DNA of 37,086 nucleotides, from NCBI GenBank assembly GCA_937873675.1, contig CALMYM010000444.1, positions 1 through 37,086 on the forward strand, read 5' to 3'. Each line of letters starts with the position of its first letter. Position 1 is the stretch's first letter. The translations under genes and the position numbers were made by a program. Of the stretch, positions 35,067-37,086 are shown piece after piece. Source of the DNA: an uncultured Alphaproteobacteria bacterium (GTDB lineage: Bacteria > Pseudomonadota > Alphaproteobacteria > Rhizobiales > Ancalomicrobiaceae). The notes under the pieces are model-generated. The model had not been told where the DNA came from. It did no database searches and saw nothing but the letters and a program-made list of their open reading frames with translations.

Positions 35067-36113
35067 ATGAAAACCGCCACGCCCTGGTGGGATCCGGCCT
35101 CCCACGCCGACCGACGCCCGCTCCTTCTCGCCCGCAATCGGGTGAAATCGGCGATCCGCCGCTACTTCGAGGACGACGGTTTCACCGAGGTCGAGGCCAC
35201 CTGCCTGCAGGTCTCCCCCGGCAACGAGACCCATCTCCACGCCCTCGGCGTCTGGGTCACCGGCGACGACGGTGAACGACGCCGGCGCTGGCTCCACACC
35301 TCGCCGGAATTCGCCATGAAGAAGCTGGTGGCCGCCGGCGAGACCAGGATCTTCGACTTCGCCCGCGTCTGGCGCAATCGCGAGGGCGGCCCCACCCACG
35401 CCACCGAGTTCACCATGCTCGAGTGGTACCGCGTCGGCGCGCCCTACGAGGTGCTGATGGAGGATGGCGCGAACCTCCTCGCCCGCACCGCCGCGACGGT
35501 CGGCACGACGCACCTCACTCATCGCACCCGCACCTGCGATCCCTTCCTGCCGCCCGAGCGCCTGACCGTCGCCGACGCCTTCACCGCCCACGCCGGCATC
35601 GATCTCCTCGCCACCCTGCCGGCCGACCCGACCGCCGAGCCGGACCGCGACGCCCTCGCCGCCGCCGCGACGGCGCGCGGCATCCACGTCGCCGAGGACG
35701 ACGGCTGGTCCGACGTCTTCTCCCGCATCCTCGCCGAGAAGATCGAGCCGGTGCTCGGCGACGGCCGCGCCGTGATCCTCTGCGAATATCCCTCGCGCGA
35801 GGCCGCCCTGGCGCGGCCCTGCACCCACGATCCGCGCGTCGCCGAACGCTTCGAACTGTGGGCCTGCGGCGTCGAACTCGCCAACGCCTTCGGCGAACTG
35901 ACGGACCCGGACGAACAGCGTCGCCGCTTCGTCATCGAGATGGACGCCAAGGAACGCATCTACGGCGAGCGCTACCCGATCGACGAGGACTTCCTCGCCG
36001 CGTTGCGCCTCATGCCGCCGACCAGCGGCATCGCCCTCGGCTTCGATCGGCTGGTGATGCTGGCGCTCGGCGCCCCGCGCCTCTCCGACGTGATGTGGAT
36101 GCCGGAAGCGTGA
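35067..36113 (+). CDS. epmA: EF-P lysine aminoacylase EpmA (GenX/PoxA, LysRS class II paralog)
   Basis: 348 aa. Class II aaRS core motifs (RNRE, FTMLEWY, GIALGFDRLVML). Divergent from efp. Confidence 0.85.
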   Translation: MKTATPWWDPASHADRRPLLLARNRVKSAIRRYFEDDGFTEVEATCLQVSPGNETHLHALGVWVTGDDGERRRRWLHTSPEFAMKKLVAAGETRIFDFARVWRNREGGPTHATEFTMLEWYRVGAPYEVLMEDGANLLARTAATVGTTHLTHRTRTCDPFLPPERLTVADAFTAHAGIDLLATLPADPTAEPDRDALAAAATARGIHVAEDDGWSDVFSRILAEKIEPVLGDGRAVILCEYPSREAALARPCTHDPRVAERFELWACGVELANAFGELTDPDEQRRRFVIEMDAKERIYGERYPIDEDFLAALRLMPPTSGIALGFDRLVMLALGAPRLSDVMWMPEA

Positions 36114-36252
36114 CGGCGAGGCGTCGCCTGCGGCGAGGCCGGTGCGGTGCGGCCCCGCGCGAGGCTGCCCCACCGACCCGCACCGTCGACTGTAATAGTA
36201 TTCTCCCCCGTCTCGGGCCATTCTCCGGCGCCCGAGAAACGACGAGGACCGG

Positions 36253-37086
36253 ATGAGCGGCGACCACCATCACGACCACGCGGCGCACGACCACGCGGCG
36301 CACGACCACGCGGCGCACGACCACGCGGCGCACGATCACCCCCACGATCACGCCGACTGCGGTCACGCCCATCACGACCATGGCCACGCACACGACCACG
36401 GCCATTCCCATGCCCACCACGGTCATTCCCACGCGCCGGCCGACTTCGGCCGCGCCTTCCTCGTCGGCATCGTGCTCAACACCGGCTTCGTGATCGTCGA
36501 GGCCGCCTTCGGCCTCTGGGGCAACTCGATGGCGCTCCTCGCCGACGCCGGCCACAATCTCTCCGACGTGCTGGCCCTGGTCGTCGCCTGGGTGGCGGCG
36601 CGCGCCTCGACGCGTCCGCCGAGCCCGCGCTTCACCTATGGCCTCGCCGGCACCTCGATCCTCGCGGCGCTGTTCAACGCCGTCTTCCTGCTCGTCGCCG
36701 TCGGCGCCATCGCGCTCGAAGCGGTGCAGCGTCTCCTCGCCCCCGAGCCGGTCGCCGGCATGACCATGGTGGTGGTCGCCGGCATCGGCATCGTCGTCAA
36801 CGGCGCCACCGCGATGCTCTTCCACCGCGGCCACGGCGACGATCTCAACATCCGCGGCGTCTATCTGCACATGCTGACCGACGCGGCGATCTCCGCCGGC
36901 GTCGTCGTCGCCGGTCTGGCGGTGCTGGCGACCGGCCTCGCCTGGATCGATCCGGTCGTCTCGCTCGTCGTCGCCGCGCTCATCGTCTGGTCGACCTGGG
37001 GGCTGCTGGTCGAAAGCTCGGCGCTTTCGGTCGCCGCCGTCCCCGCCGGCATCGATCCCGCGGCGGGGCGCGCCCCTCTCCGCGCG
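36253..37086 (+). CDS. Cation diffusion facilitator (CzcD/ZitB-like) metal efflux transporter with a His-rich N-terminus; 3' end outside the window (partial)
   Basis: Not in the ORF track because no stop is reached. My own translation from ATG 36253 gives MSGDHHHDHAAHDHAAHDHAAHDHAAHDHPHDH...GHSHAPADFGRAFLVGIVLNTGFVIVEAAFGLWGNSMALLADAGHNLSDV...LHMLTDA, which are typical CDF TM2/TM5 metal-site motifs. The frame is open to the window end. Confidence 0.8.
   Translation, partial: MSGDHHHDHAAHDHAAHDHAAHDHAAHDHPHDHADCGHAHHDHGHAHDHGHSHAHHGHSHAPADFGRAFLVGIVLNTGFVIVEAAFGLWGNSMALLADAGHNLSDVLALVVAWVAARASTRPPSPRFTYGLAGTSILAALFNAVFLLVAVGAIALEAVQRLLAPEPVAGMTMVVVAGIGIVVNGATAMLFHRGHGDDLNIRGVYLHMLTDAAISAGVVVAGLAVLATGLAWIDPVVSLVVAALIVWSTWGLLVESSALSVAAVPAGIDPAAGRAPLRA
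36271..36330 (+). repeat. Perfect 15-nt tandem repeat x4 (CACGACCACGCGGCG) encoding (HDHAA)4
   Basis: Read directly from the sequence. It lies in frame within the CDF N-terminal His-rich region. Confidence 0.9.

Noticed and set aside
1-37086. A genomic island, prophage or defence locus.
   Set aside because: There is no integrase, transposase, tRNA attachment site, phage gene, restriction/CRISPR/toxin-antitoxin signature or marked compositional break. Gene content is housekeeping with conserved alphaproteobacterial neighbourhoods.

Overview
High-GC window with gene content and order typical of an alphaproteobacterial (Rhizobiales-like) core chromosome. I support about 45 protein-coding genes. 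They include rlmJ, uvrC-pgsA-moaD...moaE, ilvE, a MarR / OmpR-type regulator / EnvZ-like kinase cluster, two MaoC dehydratases, prs, lgt-methyltransferase-pgeF, ubiK, proC, rplY-pth, cspA, infA, ychF, efp/epmA, two Omp25/Omp31-type porins, two GSTs, an RNase T2 and a CDF metal exporter that runs off the right edge. I found no rRNA, tRNA, CRISPR array, transposase, integrase or recognisable defence or toxin system. Most very long ORFs in the track are antisense shadows of real genes, as expected at this GC content. I cannot point to a clear new multi-gene system. The observations most worth a second look are: (1) a roughly 110-nt structured intergenic element in three same-orientation copies, with a conserved core and co-varying hairpins; (2) a cold-shock-domain protein preceded in frame by an (FGGGDRG)n low-complexity region, plus an IF-1 with a Pro/Gly/Arg tail; (3) a histidine-kinase ORF with no stop codon after its catalytic domain, which reads about 600 nt antisense through a translationally coupled convergent operon; (4) moaD and moaE split by a coupled small-membrane-protein + polytopic MCP pair. 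CDS starts were placed by counting residues in the supplied ORF track. Coordinates of non-coding hairpins and repeats were read by eye and may be off by 1-2 nt.
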